DNA from: Bacteroidota bacterium
GTDB taxonomy: Bacteria > Bacteroidota > Bacteroidia > JABEUT01
Assembly (NCBI GenBank): GCA_013285655.1
Contig: JABDHI010000002.1
Location: forward strand, 9,117 to 73,116
DNA length: 64,000 nt
Reading direction: 5' to 3'
Part shown: positions 20,123 through 30,262 of the stretch, piece by piece
How positions within the stretch are numbered: the stretch's first letter is position 1
Layout of the letters: every line of letters begins with the position of its first letter
Position numbers and translations under genes: made by a program
The notes under the pieces: model-generated
Told to the model about the DNA's origin: nothing
What the model saw: the letters and a program-made list of their open reading frames with translations, nothing else
Database searches by the model: none

Positions 20123-22234
20123 TTATGCGTTAACTGTCTTTTTACCGTTTGCTTTTGCTATAACTGCTTCTGCTACGTTCTTAGGCGCTTCAGCATAGCT
20201 ATGGAATTCCATAGTAGATGCTGCACGGCCCGAAGAAAGCGTACGAAGTGTAGTTACGTAACCGAACATTTCAGAAAGTGGCACTAATGCTTTAATAACC
20301 CTTGCACCATGGCGGCTATCCATACCTTGCATTAAACCGCGGCGTTTGTTCAAATCGCCTACTATATCACCCATGTATTCTTCAGGGGTTACAACTTCCA
20401 CATTCATAATTGGCTCAAGTAATACAGGGCCGGCTTTACGCATAGCTTCACGGTAAGCTGAACGGGCACAAATTTCAAATGAAAGTGCATCCGAGTCAAC
20501 TGCGTGGAAACCACCGTCGATAAGCCTTACTTTAAGGCTATCTACCGAGTAACCAGCTAATACACCGTTTGATAAAGAAGCTTTAAAGCCTTTTTCAACC
20601 GCAGGGATAAACTCACGAGGAATATTACCACCGGTAATTTCATTTTCAAATACTAAGCCTGGTTTAGTTAAATCGTCAACAGGAGATATAACTACTGATA
20701 TATCAGCATACTTACCACGACCACCAGATTGTTTCTTGTACAACTCACGATGTTCAACTTCCTTAGTAATAGCTTCTTTGTAAGCAACCTGAGGAGCGCC
20801 TTGGTTACATTCTACCTTAAACTCGCGTTTCATACGGTCAAGTAGAATTTCAAGGTGTAACTCGCCCATACCACTCAATACGGTTTGGCCAGAATCTTCG
20901 TCTGTACGAACACGGAATGTAGGATCTTCCTCAGCAAGTTTGCCAAGTGCAACACCCATCTTTTCTAAGTCAGCCTGAGTTTTAGGCTCAACTGCTATAG
21001 AAATAACCGGCTCAGGGAAGCTCATAGACTCAAGTACAAGTGGAGCCTTTTCTTCACATAAGGTATCACCTGTACGAATATCTTTAAATCCTACCGCAGC
21101 GCCAATATCACCAGCTTCGATCAAATCGATAGGGTTTTGCTTGTTAGCGTGCATCTGGAATATACGAGAGATACGTTCTTTGTTACCGGTGCGTGTGTTC
21201 AACACATACGAACCAGAACTAAGTGTACCTGAATAAACACGGAAATAAGCTAAACGACCAACAAACGGATCGGTAGCAATTTTAAATGCTAAAGCACAGA
21301 ACTTGTCTTTAGGGTCAGGACGTCTTTCTTCTTCTAAATCAGTATCAGGGTTTGTACCTTTTACCGGAGGAAGTTCAGAAGGGCTAGGCAATAATGCCAT
21401 AACCGCATCTAATAGGGTCTGAATACCTTTGTTCTTGAAAGATGCACCACATAATACAGGAGTAATGGTCATTGCAATAGTACCTTTACGCAATACACCA
21501 ATAATTTCTTCTTCACTGATAGAATCAGGATTTTCGAAGAACTTCTCCATTAACTTATCATCAAATTCGGCAACGCTTTCTACCATCTTAGCTCTCCATT
21601 CAGCAGCTTGTTCTTTCAAATCAGCCGGAATTTCTTCTATATCGTATTTAGCACCCATTGACTCATCGTTCCAAACAATTGCCTTGTTCTTCACTAAGTC
21701 AATAACGCCTTTAAACTTGTCTTCAGCACCAATAGGTATTTGAATAGGAACCGGGTTAGCACCCAATTTGTCCTTAATTTCCTTAACTGCGTTAAAGAAA
21801 TCAGCACCTGCCCTATCCATCTTGTTAACGAATGCTATACGAGGTACACCATATTTGTTTGCCTGGCGCCATACTGTTTCAGATTGAGGCTCAACACCAC
21901 CAACTGCACAGAAAAGGCCTACAGCACCATCTAATACCCTAAGTGAACGCTCTACCTCAACGGTAAAGTCAACGTGGCCCGGGGTATCAATAATGTTGAT
22001 TTTGTATTTATGTCCTTTGTAATCCCAAAATACACGGGTAGCGGCCGAGGTAATGGTAATACCCCTTTCTTGCTCCTGAACCATCCAGTCCATGGTAGCA
22101 GTACCTTCGTGTACTTCACCAATTTTGTAGTTAACACCCGCATAAAAAAGCACACGCTCAGTTGTTGTCGTTTTACCGGCATCAATGTGGGCCATAATGC
22201 CTATATTTCTGGTGAGGTTAAGATCTTGACTCAT
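20123..22234 (-). CDS. fusA: Elongation factor G
   Basis: [20 protein letters not shown]...DTPGHVDF...NKMD. Confidence 0.96.
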   Translation of the reverse strand: MSQDLNLTRNIGIMAHIDAGKTTTTERVLFYAGVNYKIGEVHEGTATMDWMVQEQERGITITSAATRVFWDYKGHKYKINIIDTPGHVDFTVEVERSLRVLDGAVGLFCAVGGVEPQSETVWRQANKYGVPRIAFVNKMDRAGADFFNAVKEIKDKLGANPVPIQIPIGAEDKFKGVIDLVKNKAIVWNDESMGAKYDIEEIPADLKEQAAEWRAKMVESVAEFDDKLMEKFFENPDSISEEEIIGVLRKGTIAMTITPVLCGASFKNKGIQTLLDAVMALLPSPSELPPVKGTNPDTDLEEERRPDPKDKFCALAFKIATDPFVGRLAYFRVYSGTLSSGSYVLNTRTGNKERISRIFQMHANKQNPIDLIEAGDIGAAVGFKDIRTGDTLCEEKAPLVLESMSFPEPVISIAVEPKTQADLEKMGVALGKLAEEDPTFRVRTDEDSGQTVLSGMGELHLEILLDRMKREFKVECNQGAPQVAYKEAITKEVEHRELYKKQSGGRGKYADISVVISPVDDLTKPGLVFENEITGGNIPREFIPAVEKGFKASLSNGVLAGYSVDSLKVRLIDGGFHAVDSDALSFEICARSAYREAMRKAGPVLLEPIMNVEVVTPEEYMGDIVGDLNKRRGLMQGMDSRHGARVIKALVPLSEMFGYVTTLRTLSSGRAASTMEFHSYAEAPKNVAEAVIAKANGKKTVNA

Positions 22235-22259
22235 AGTACTTTATATAATCCGAGTTAAA

Positions 22260-22727
22260 TTAAAATCTGAAGTGAGCAAAAGCCTTATTAGCTTCAGCCA
22301 TTCTGTGTGTATCTTCTTTCCTTTTGTATGCTGAACCTTCTTCTTTAGAAGCTGCAATAATTTCAGCTGCTAACTTGTCAACCATCGATTTCTCTTTACG
22401 AACGCGAGAAAAGTCGGTAAGCCATTTCATAGCCAACGCTGTTTTTCTTTCTGGCCTTACTTCCATAGGAATTTGGTAGTTAGCACCACCCACCCTGCGG
22501 CTTTTTACTTCCACAGCAGGCGAAATGTTGCTAATTGCCTTTCTCCATACTTCAATACCATCTTCGCTGGTTACCTGAGCTACTTTATCAATAGCACCGT
22601 AAAATATTTTATAGGCAGCATTCTTGTTACCGCTAATCATTAGGTTATTAACGAAACGGGTTACTAATGTGTCGTTAAACCTTGGATCGGGAAGAAGAAT
22701 TCTCTTTTTTGCTTTGCCTTTTCTCAT
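22260..22727 (-). CDS. rpsG: 30S ribosomal protein S7
   Basis: [19 protein letters not shown]. Confidence 0.95.
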   Translation of the reverse strand: MRKGKAKKRILLPDPRFNDTLVTRFVNNLMISGNKNAAYKIFYGAIDKVAQVTSEDGIEVWRKAISNISPAVEVKSRRVGGANYQIPMEVRPERKTALAMKWLTDFSRVRKEKSMVDKLAAEIIAASKEEGSAYKRKEDTHRMAEANKAFAHFRF

Positions 22728-22756
22728 TATCTGAAAATTTTATAATGTTTTATCTG

Positions 22757-23155
22757 TTATTTCTTAGCTGCTGCAGCTGCTCCTGCTTTAGGTTTCTTGG
22801 TTCCGTATTTGCTACGGCTTTGTTTCCTGTTGTCAACACCGGCAGTATCAAGTGTACCACGAACTAAGTGGTAACGAACACCCGGAAGATCTTTTACCCT
22901 ACCGCCACGTACCAAAACGATACTGTGCTCTTGTAAGTTGTGTCCTTCTCCAGGGATGTATGCGATAACTTCTTCGCTATTGGTCATACGTACTTTAGCT
23001 ACTTTACGAAGCGCAGAATTAGGCTTTTTAGGTGTGGTTGTGTATACACGGATACAAACACCTCTGCGTTGTGGGCATTGGTTTAAAGCACCAGATTTAC
23101 TCTTCCTGGTTATCTTCTTTCTACCCTTGCGAACTAATTGTTGAATTGTTGGCAT
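22757..23155 (-). CDS. rpsL: 30S ribosomal protein S12 (poly-Ala/Lys C-terminal tail)
   Basis: [12 protein letters not shown]...[11 protein letters not shown]. Confidence 0.95.
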   Translation of the reverse strand: MPTIQQLVRKGRKKITRKSKSGALNQCPQRRGVCIRVYTTTPKKPNSALRKVAKVRMTNSEEVIAYIPGEGHNLQEHSIVLVRGGRVKDLPGVRYHLVRGTLDTAGVDNRKQSRSKYGTKKPKAGAAAAAKK

Positions 23156-23220
23156 TTTTACTTGTTGTGTTTCAGCTTAGTTTAATACAAAAAATAACTT
23201 TCCCTTTTATTTTGGGGGTG

Positions 23221-23228
23221 CAAAGGTA
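23221..23228 (-). promoter_or_regulatory. Candidate -7 box TACCTTTG for the rpsL supercluster
   Basis: Plus strand reads CAAAGGTA, about 65 nt upstream of the rpsL ATG. It matches the Bacteroidota TAnnTTTG consensus. No well-spaced -33 TTTG was seen. Confidence 0.4.
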
Positions 23229-23622
23229 GAAATATTTATTTACAAACAGTTACCCCACCAACTTTTTTTTCGCTCATTATGTTCATAACCCCCTTTTGGG
23301 GCAACGGTTCAACCCGATTTTGGATTAAAAAAGTCGTGAAAAACGAGCAGATTTAACGTCATAAAAACCTATTAAACTGCTTTAAAATAAAGAGGTTTAC
23401 TAATCTTAGCAGTTTCATATACTTCTAAAACGGGACAGTACCGCTCTAAAAACAATGCTTGCCCCTTAATTAGTTGAAAAGTTAACATAAAAAAATCAAA
23501 AAAAACTTTATTCAGGCGATAAATTTCACCCGTTTAACGAAAATTTAAATCATAAAGATTTAATAAAATGATAACAAAGACTCGTGGAGGTTTTCCATCA
23601 AAAAATGCCGACTCTTTTCAAC

Positions 23623-24300
23623 TTATTTACCCGGAGGTAAACTTGCATTCAAAAAATTATTGAACGGCACCATACTTTTAAAAATATCGGCACAGTAAGA
23701 TGCATATTTTGGAGAAAGCAGGACTTTATCGCTCACTTCGTGATAAGCTATGAAACTTTTGTACTGAAGATACTCCATCATAGGGTCTTCTTTATCGAAC
23801 CCTTTTGGGGCAGTCTTTAGTTTATCTTCTTCCGATAATCCCTTGAAATTCTTCTGAAAGGCCTTGTCACTAATGATCTTCAGGAACTTCTTGCCTTCCA
23901 TACTTATATCTTCTCTTACTAACTTTAATCTTTCCGATTCAGGCATATACACTCCTCCTGCCAAAAATGCTCCTCCCGCTTCAATATGCAGGTAATAACC
24001 GGCTTTGCTCGTCAAGCCCTTGCCTCCACCTGCCATACTGGCACCAAAATTGGTTTTATATGGGTCTTTGTTTTTCGAAAAACGCACATCGCGGTATATT
24101 CTGAATACAGATTTTTTTGGGTCTAAATGGGCTACACTCTTGTCGAACGTAATTATTTTACTAATGACCTCAGCTACAAAGGCAGTAACGTTTTCATGGG
24201 CTGCTATATACTTATCCTTATTGGCATTGAACCAATCGCGGTTATTGTTCTTCTTAAGTTTTGCAAGGAAATCGAGCGTTTCTTTATTTATCTGTGCCAT
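23623..24300 (-). CDS. DUF2461 / TIGR02453 family protein
   Basis: NNNRDWFNANKDKY...FRIYRDVRFSKNKDPYKTNFGA. Confidence 0.8.
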   Translation of the reverse strand: MAQINKETLDFLAKLKKNNNRDWFNANKDKYIAAHENVTAFVAEVISKIITFDKSVAHLDPKKSVFRIYRDVRFSKNKDPYKTNFGASMAGGGKGLTSKAGYYLHIEAGGAFLAGGVYMPESERLKLVREDISMEGKKFLKIISDKAFQKNFKGLSEEDKLKTAPKGFDKEDPMMEYLQYKSFIAYHEVSDKVLLSPKYASYCADIFKSMVPFNNFLNASLPPGK

Positions 24301-24358
24301 ACATATAATTTTATAAATGTGAAGCTATAAAAAAATTAATTCTAATCATGAATTTCTT

Positions 24359-24425
24359 AACCCCAAACCCCTAAAGGGGCTTTGACAAGTAATGTGCCTT
24401 AAAGCCCCTTTAGGGGTTTGGGGTT
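24359..24425. repeat. Nested-palindrome repeat element, copy B
   Basis: AACCCCAAACCCCTAAAGGGGC ... GCCCCTTTAGGGGTTTGGGGTT, with the same arms as 4379-4459. Confidence 0.8.
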
Positions 24426-24440
24426 AATACAAAATTTCGC

Positions 24441-25322
24441 TTACCCTATCTTCAAACAGGTCATAGCTATCGAACCCATTACAGTTTTATCATTAAATAG
24501 TGTTATCGGCTCTTTATCTTGCTGTAGTGCAAGCGTATACATTAATGGTAAATAGTGTTCAGGTGTTGGCACAGCCAATTGCATGGCAGAACCCAGAGAC
24601 TTATAATTTATTAGCGATTGATAATCGTGACTATTAATCAGCTTTTTTACCGTTTCATTGGCTTCAATGGCCCAGTCAAAAGGCTTATCGTCTTTCCAGT
24701 TTAACACACCAAGGTTATGGACCACATTACCACTACCAATAATTAAAACCCCTTTACGACGCAGGAAAGCCAGTTCTTTGGCCAAATCGTAATGCCATTG
24801 AGCTGATTTACCATAGTTAAGGCTCAACTGTATAATAGGAATATCAGCTTTAGGGTATAAGCGCGATGCTACTACCCATGCACCATGGTCGAGACCCCAA
24901 TCGTTACTAAGCCCTACAGACACATCAGCAATACTACTCTTTACATCCTTTGCAAGATCTGGGCTACCCGGTGCTGGATACTGCACATCAAATAAAGCTT
25001 GAGGGAATCCTCCAAAGTCGTGAATGGTTGGTGGTTTTTCCATTGCCGTTACAAAAGTGCCATCGGTTTCCCAGTGTGCAGACACGCATAATATAGCATT
25101 CGGCCTGGGTAGCGATTTAGCTGTATCGGCCCAGCCCTTTGTAAACTCATTCTCTTCAATAGCATTCATAGGGTTACCATGCCCAATAAATAATACAGGC
25201 ATAGGTTCAGTGGTACTAAAATGCTCAACTATCTTATTTAATTCATTCAATTTCATGGCAGCAGGTATTAAGGGTACTATTCCTAATTGTTTTATAAAAT
25301 TACGTCTTTCCATATCCTTCAA
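24441..25322 (-). CDS. Class III extradiol dioxygenase (4,5-DOPA dioxygenase / YgiD-LigB family) with a twin-arginine signal
   Basis: ERRNFIKQLG Tat motif; FIGHGNPMNA...HWET...GSGNVVHNL pattern. Confidence 0.8.
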   Translation of the reverse strand: MKDMERRNFIKQLGIVPLIPAAMKLNELNKIVEHFSTTEPMPVLFIGHGNPMNAIEENEFTKGWADTAKSLPRPNAILCVSAHWETDGTFVTAMEKPPTIHDFGGFPQALFDVQYPAPGSPDLAKDVKSSIADVSVGLSNDWGLDHGAWVVASRLYPKADIPIIQLSLNYGKSAQWHYDLAKELAFLRRKGVLIIGSGNVVHNLGVLNWKDDKPFDWAIEANETVKKLINSHDYQSLINYKSLGSAMQLAVPTPEHYLPLMYTLALQQDKEPITLFNDKTVMGSIAMTCLKIG

Positions 25323-25380
25323 TTACAAAGCAAAGGTACAACCGCTAAGCCCCAATAATGCTTAACCAAGGTTAAGAAAC

Positions 25381-25406
25381 AAAAAAGTCCCGCATTTCTG
25401 CGGGAC
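25381..25406 (-). terminator. Rho-independent terminator of the 25434-26693 gene
   Basis: The minus strand reads GUCCCGCAGAAAUGCGGGAC followed by UUUUUU. Confidence 0.8.
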
Positions 25407-25433
25407 TCACTATTCAACACTGTGTACTTAATT

Positions 25434-26693
25434 CTACCTGGTTACAATAACCTTTTGTGTTTGTGTAAGGTGATCTGACTCTAAACGACAGAAATAAACA
25501 CCTTGCGGCATATCGCTGCTATCAAAATCTACGATCTGCAAACCTTTATTAGCTTGGCCATTAAATACCGACTTTACAAGTTTGCCGGTTACATCATACA
25601 TATTAATAGATACTACTCCGCTTTCATCAAGCAGGTATTTTACTTTGCCTTGACCAAACATTGGATTAGGATAAACCTCGAACTTCACAGGAGTAACTGA
25701 TACATTTTGTACCGAAGTAGGATTAGGATAATCATCTGTAGCTAACCAGATGGTTGCATTCATTATAATTATCTGATGATTACCACTCGCATCAGCAGTC
25801 CAACCATTATATAAAGCATCATTAGGGTCACCTGTGCCATCATCTGGTGGAGAGCTATCACCTTCTGCTGCGACCTTGCCTTTACCATAGTGGGCATGGG
25901 CAAACATTACACTAATACTATCTGAAGTAGAAGCACCTGTCATAAATACGTCGCCCATAACAGTTTTATTAACGTGTGGCCATAATGTCATTGATGTACC
26001 ATTACTCCACATCATTTCGGTACCAGTGCCGTAAGCACCATGTAACATAGTATCGGTAGCCGATGGGTTAACATTGGTAGTAGTTTGCGAAAAGTTAGCG
26101 GAGTCAAACATTATGCCAAAAGGGTTGTACTGAACACCGTTGTTCTTTAAGAAATCCCTCCAAATCATAGGAGAATCCCAACCATCGTTATTACGGTCAG
26201 ATACGCAGTGGTCAGATATCATAAACAAACGTCCACCATCTTTCACCCAATTGATCATTGCCAGTTTTTCGCTAGTGGTAAACTTTATATTAGGTTCGTC
26301 AACAATAAATATTTTATAATTACTAAGATCTTGTGCATGAGATGCATTACCGTATGTAATAGAATCAAATGCGGTTAAGGTTTCTACTTCGTAACCCAAT
26401 TTAACACAGTCAATACCCCAAGCAGATAAAGAGCCTTCCCAATATGTTTCTACAGTACTACTGGTAACTGTATTTTGAAGAGGGGTTGGATATCGTTGTG
26501 GGTCAGATTCATTTCCCCCGCCTACTTTTGCAGGTCCTGTACTATAACCTAAATCATGCACATCAGCATCAATTACCCAGTCTGCATTACCAGCTGTTTC
26601 GGCCTTGGTAGCATCAAATAATATTTTAACTTGGGCGGAAACATTGCACGCCAGGGATAGCATTACAAAACCGCTAAGTATAGCTTTTTTCAT
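25434..26693 (-). CDS. Secreted protein of unknown function with a T9SS type-A C-terminal sorting domain
   Basis: N-terminal signal peptide. The C-terminal ~80 aa (VYPNP...GVYFCRLES...QKVIVTR) is a typical T9SS CTD. Confidence 0.75.
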   Translation of the reverse strand: MKKAILSGFVMLSLACNVSAQVKILFDATKAETAGNADWVIDADVHDLGYSTGPAKVGGGNESDPQRYPTPLQNTVTSSTVETYWEGSLSAWGIDCVKLGYEVETLTAFDSITYGNASHAQDLSNYKIFIVDEPNIKFTTSEKLAMINWVKDGGRLFMISDHCVSDRNNDGWDSPMIWRDFLKNNGVQYNPFGIMFDSANFSQTTTNVNPSATDTMLHGAYGTGTEMMWSNGTSMTLWPHVNKTVMGDVFMTGASTSDSISVMFAHAHYGKGKVAAEGDSSPPDDGTGDPNDALYNGWTADASGNHQIIIMNATIWLATDDYPNPTSVQNVSVTPVKFEVYPNPMFGQGKVKYLLDESGVVSINMYDVTGKLVKSVFNGQANKGLQIVDFDSSDMPQGVYFCRLESDHLTQTQKVIVTR

Positions 26694-26944
26694 AGTTTTC
26701 GTTGGTTAGATATTACAAATATGGACGACCTAAACCGAATTACCAAGTTTTTCAATAACAATTTTTGTTAATTAGAAATATCTAATGTGTTATTTGTTGG
26801 TTATTTATATGTTAAATATATACTTTATTGGCAGTTAATCACTTCTGGTATAAGTGATTTATAGTGGTACATACTCCTTAAAAAAGGGCCATTAATCGAC
26901 CTTTATTCTAATTGTCGTAATATTGCCGGCCTTTAATACTCCAA

Positions 26945-29900
26945 ATGAAAAAACACCTCTTTTTAGTACTTTTTTCAATATTCAGCCTTACTCAAACCGG
27001 ATTCAGTCAAGATTATAGCTTTCCTGCTGATAACTACCGCAGTGTGGGTAATCCATATTATTGGCAAAACCGCCCACCTTATAAAGGATACTGGCAGCAA
27101 GATGTACATTATATTATAGTAGCGTCACTAAACGATTCCACTGATATTATTGATGGCAGCGAAACGCTTATCTATTGGAATAACTCACCTGATACTCTTA
27201 AGTACGTCTTCTTCCATCTATACTCTAACGCACAGAACAAGCACTCGTATTACACCTCGGCTTACGAGAATAGTGGATACAAATTAAAATTTGGCAAGTA
27301 TGAGAGCAAGGACCTTGGTTGCCAGGTAACCGATATAAGTGCAGAAAATGCCTCACTTAAAACAGAAGTAGACAATACAGTAATGAAGGTATGGCTTAAT
27401 AAACCTTTATTACCGGGCCATTCCATGACCTTTCGCGTAAAATTCAAAACCTATTTCGATAATGGAGGAACTGTGCGCAACCGGATGAAGATGTTCATTG
27501 CATATGCTAATAAGAATAAGGACACTCTTTACAAGCAATACGATGTGGTGCATTGGTATCCACGCATGTGTGTGTATGATAAGAAATTTGGATGGGATGT
27601 AGAGCAACATCTTGCACACGAATTTTACGGAGACTTTGGCACCTATGACATTGCCTTTACCTTACCCAATAACTATATAGTTGGCGCTACTGGTACTTTA
27701 CTTAACGAAAGTGAAATGCTCCCTGACAGTCTTTTAAAGAAAATCGACATACGTAACTTTAGGAATAAAACCAATGAAAATGCAGCACCAACCGTTGTAG
27801 TAAAACGAAACAACATTCCTAAAACATGGCTATACCATGCCGAAAATGTACATGACTTTGCGCTTACTGCCGACCCTACTTATAGAATAGGACTTGCTAT
27901 ATGGCACGGTATAAAATGCTATGCTTATGCTGAAGAGATGCATGCACACCGCTGGCAAGATGCTGCCGGATATACAGCAGCTGTTATTGCAACTAATTCG
28001 AAGTTCTTTGGCATGTATGGTTACCCATCAATGATAGTGGCTGATGCACGCGATGGTATGGAATACCCAATGATCACTCTTGATGGTGGCGGGTACCCCG
28101 ATTACCTGGGTACACTTACCCATGAAATTAGCCACAACTGGTTCTTTGGTATGTTGGGTAGCAACGAGACTTACCGCGCTGTGCTTGACGAAGGCTTTAC
28201 TGAATTTGCTGAATGCTGGACCTATGGCCAATTAAACGGGCCATATGAGATACAAGGTGTTCCTATTTCGAGTTACATACGCAAGTATTACAGACAAAAT
28301 ACATTCAGGCAAGACTGGGCTTACTCAGGCTATTTAAATAACTATATATGGGGACAAGCCGATTTCACAGAGAATGTTGAAGCTAAGCAAGTGGCCAGCC
28401 GTGGCAATAATAGCAATGGTACGCACGACATTACGCTTAATACCCAGTCTGATGATTTCCATAGTATGTTGGGACACGATGGTGGTTATTCTCAGGTTTA
28501 CTTTAAGGGCGCAACCATGCTTTACAATCTGCAATATGTGTTAGGCGATTCTCTCTTCTTTGGGGCCATGCAACATTATTTTACCGAATGGAAATTCTGT
28601 CACCCCTACCTTGAAGACTTTAGAAATGCCATTACCGAATACACCCACACCGACCTAACTTGGTTCTTTGATGAATGGTTGAATACACCGAAGAGTCTTG
28701 ATTATGGAATACAATCGATAAAGAAAGACACGGGCAAGGACCGATACATAATACGTTTTGTGCGCAAAGGAGAAATGCAAATGCCGATTGATTTTGCCGT
28801 AACATCAAATCGTGATAGTGTCTTTAATTTTTACATACCAAATAGCTGGTTTGAAAAGAAAACCACTGCCACCAAACTACCACGCTGGATTGGTTGGGGA
28901 AAAGTACAACCTTATTATGATGCCACAGTAACTATACCGGGTGGAATAAACAAAGTGCAGATAGATACAAGCAACCGCCTGGGCGATATAAATATGCTTA
29001 ACAACACCAAGCCGTTCCCCATTAAATACTATTTCGATTCGAAGGTTTACAATACACCCGATTGGACCAATTACGAAGCCTTTATTGGCCCTTCGCTATG
29101 GTACAACGGCGTTGATGGTGCACAATTAGGCATTCACTTTCATGGAGACTATATGTTGTTTATGCATAACGTAAGCGCTACATTCTATTTAAACACTGGT
29201 ATATTACAGAATAGCCGTGGGTATGGTGGCCACCAGTTAGCGGCGGGGACAATTAGCTACCAAACTTCAACAGAAAAATTCGTACATAATTCTTCTATAA
29301 ACTTCTATGCCCAAAGCCTGGATGGATTAGATGAAGGAAGATTACGCTTGCAATTGAAAGACAACTCAAATAAGTACACCATTTATGCCGAAGGTCAGGT
29401 TATGTATCGTCCGCATGCATGGGATACCAACTACCTACTCTACCCACAATTATGGGCACCATACAGGTATAACAATACCGTTAAGATCGGTGCAAAGCAC
29501 GATTATAAATACTCTCCTTCCGGCCGAGGTAATATAGACTTCAACATAAGGAGTTCAGCTTTTACCCAAAACTATAATTACTCACAAACCACACTTACGG
29601 TTATAAACACCCAGCAGGTCGGCAAAAAAATGACCTTGAAGACACGCATATTTGGGCAATACGGCACAGGTAATATACCATATGAGTCTGCCCTATATGC
29701 AGCTGGTGCAAACCCAGAGCAGTTAATGGACAACCCATTTACACGCGCTGAAGGGATTGTACCGACCTCATGGACCGGATATGGTTATGATGTAAACCAT
29801 TTACAACAAGGCGGTGGGCTTGATTTGAGAGGCTACGCCGGGTATTTATTTCCCCCATACGACACGAAGAACAAATACGCAAGCAATTATAACTATGCTT

Positions 29901-30262
29901 ATGTAGGATCTAGCGGTGCTGCTATAAATGGCGAGTTGGAGTTTAATCACCTGGTGCATTTCAACCCTAAGTTTTTAAAGAATTCGCTTGCCTTAAGCAC
30001 TTATTTGTTTGGTGATGCAGGTGTTATAAATGCTACTAAGCTTGTAATGCTTGCAAGTGCAAGTCCACAATTGGTATTTAGCAACATACATGCCGATGCG
30101 GGTATTGGACTCGCTTTAACTATTCAGCGCTGGGGTGCTTTGCAATTGGCAAAACCATTAACAATTCGTTTTGATATGCCTTTAGTACTTAATCAACTAC
30201 CGGCTACAGAACAGAATTATGTGCAAATGCGCTGGGTGGTTGGTATCGGCAGGGCCTTTTAA
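26945..30262 (+). CDS. M1-family zinc metallopeptidase fused to a C-terminal Omp85-like beta-barrel region
   Basis: Signal peptide. HEISH-X18-E at 28121-28192. C-terminal alternating-hydrophobic strands, RGY at 29828-29836, FGDAG at 30008-30022, terminal ...GIGRAF. Confidence 0.8.
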   Translation: MKKHLFLVLFSIFSLTQTGFSQDYSFPADNYRSVGNPYYWQNRPPYKGYWQQDVHYIIVASLNDSTDIIDGSETLIYWNNSPDTLKYVFFHLYSNAQNKHSYYTSAYENSGYKLKFGKYESKDLGCQVTDISAENASLKTEVDNTVMKVWLNKPLLPGHSMTFRVKFKTYFDNGGTVRNRMKMFIAYANKNKDTLYKQYDVVHWYPRMCVYDKKFGWDVEQHLAHEFYGDFGTYDIAFTLPNNYIVGATGTLLNESEMLPDSLLKKIDIRNFRNKTNENAAPTVVVKRNNIPKTWLYHAENVHDFALTADPTYRIGLAIWHGIKCYAYAEEMHAHRWQDAAGYTAAVIATNSKFFGMYGYPSMIVADARDGMEYPMITLDGGGYPDYLGTLTHEISHNWFFGMLGSNETYRAVLDEGFTEFAECWTYGQLNGPYEIQGVPISSYIRKYYRQNTFRQDWAYSGYLNNYIWGQADFTENVEAKQVASRGNNSNGTHDITLNTQSDDFHSMLGHDGGYSQVYFKGATMLYNLQYVLGDSLFFGAMQHYFTEWKFCHPYLEDFRNAITEYTHTDLTWFFDEWLNTPKSLDYGIQSIKKDTGKDRYIIRFVRKGEMQMPIDFAVTSNRDSVFNFYIPNSWFEKKTTATKLPRWIGWGKVQPYYDATVTIPGGINKVQIDTSNRLGDINMLNNTKPFPIKYYFDSKVYNTPDWTNYEAFIGPSLWYNGVDGAQLGIHFHGDYMLFMHNVSATFYLNTGILQNSRGYGGHQLAAGTISYQTSTEKFVHNSSINFYAQSLDGLDEGRLRLQLKDNSNKYTIYAEGQVMYRPHAWDTNYLLYPQLWAPYRYNNTVKIGAKHDYKYSPSGRGNIDFNIRSSAFTQNYNYSQTTLTVINTQQVGKKMTLKTRIFGQYGTGNIPYESALYAAGANPEQLMDNPFTRAEGIVPTSWTGYGYDVNHLQQGGGLDLRGYAGYLFPPYDTKNKYASNYNYAYVGSSGAAINGELEFNHLVHFNPKFLKNSLALSTYLFGDAGVINATKLVMLASASPQLVFSNIHADAGIGLALTIQRWGALQLAKPLTIRFDMPLVLNQLPATEQNYVQMRWVVGIGRAF

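Noticed and set aside
26837-26859. 8-bp perfect hairpin AATCACTT/AAGTGATT in the divergent region upstream of the M1-barrel gene.
   Set aside because: It is a single short stem in AT-rich DNA with no second copy or flanking signal. That is too weak to call an operator.
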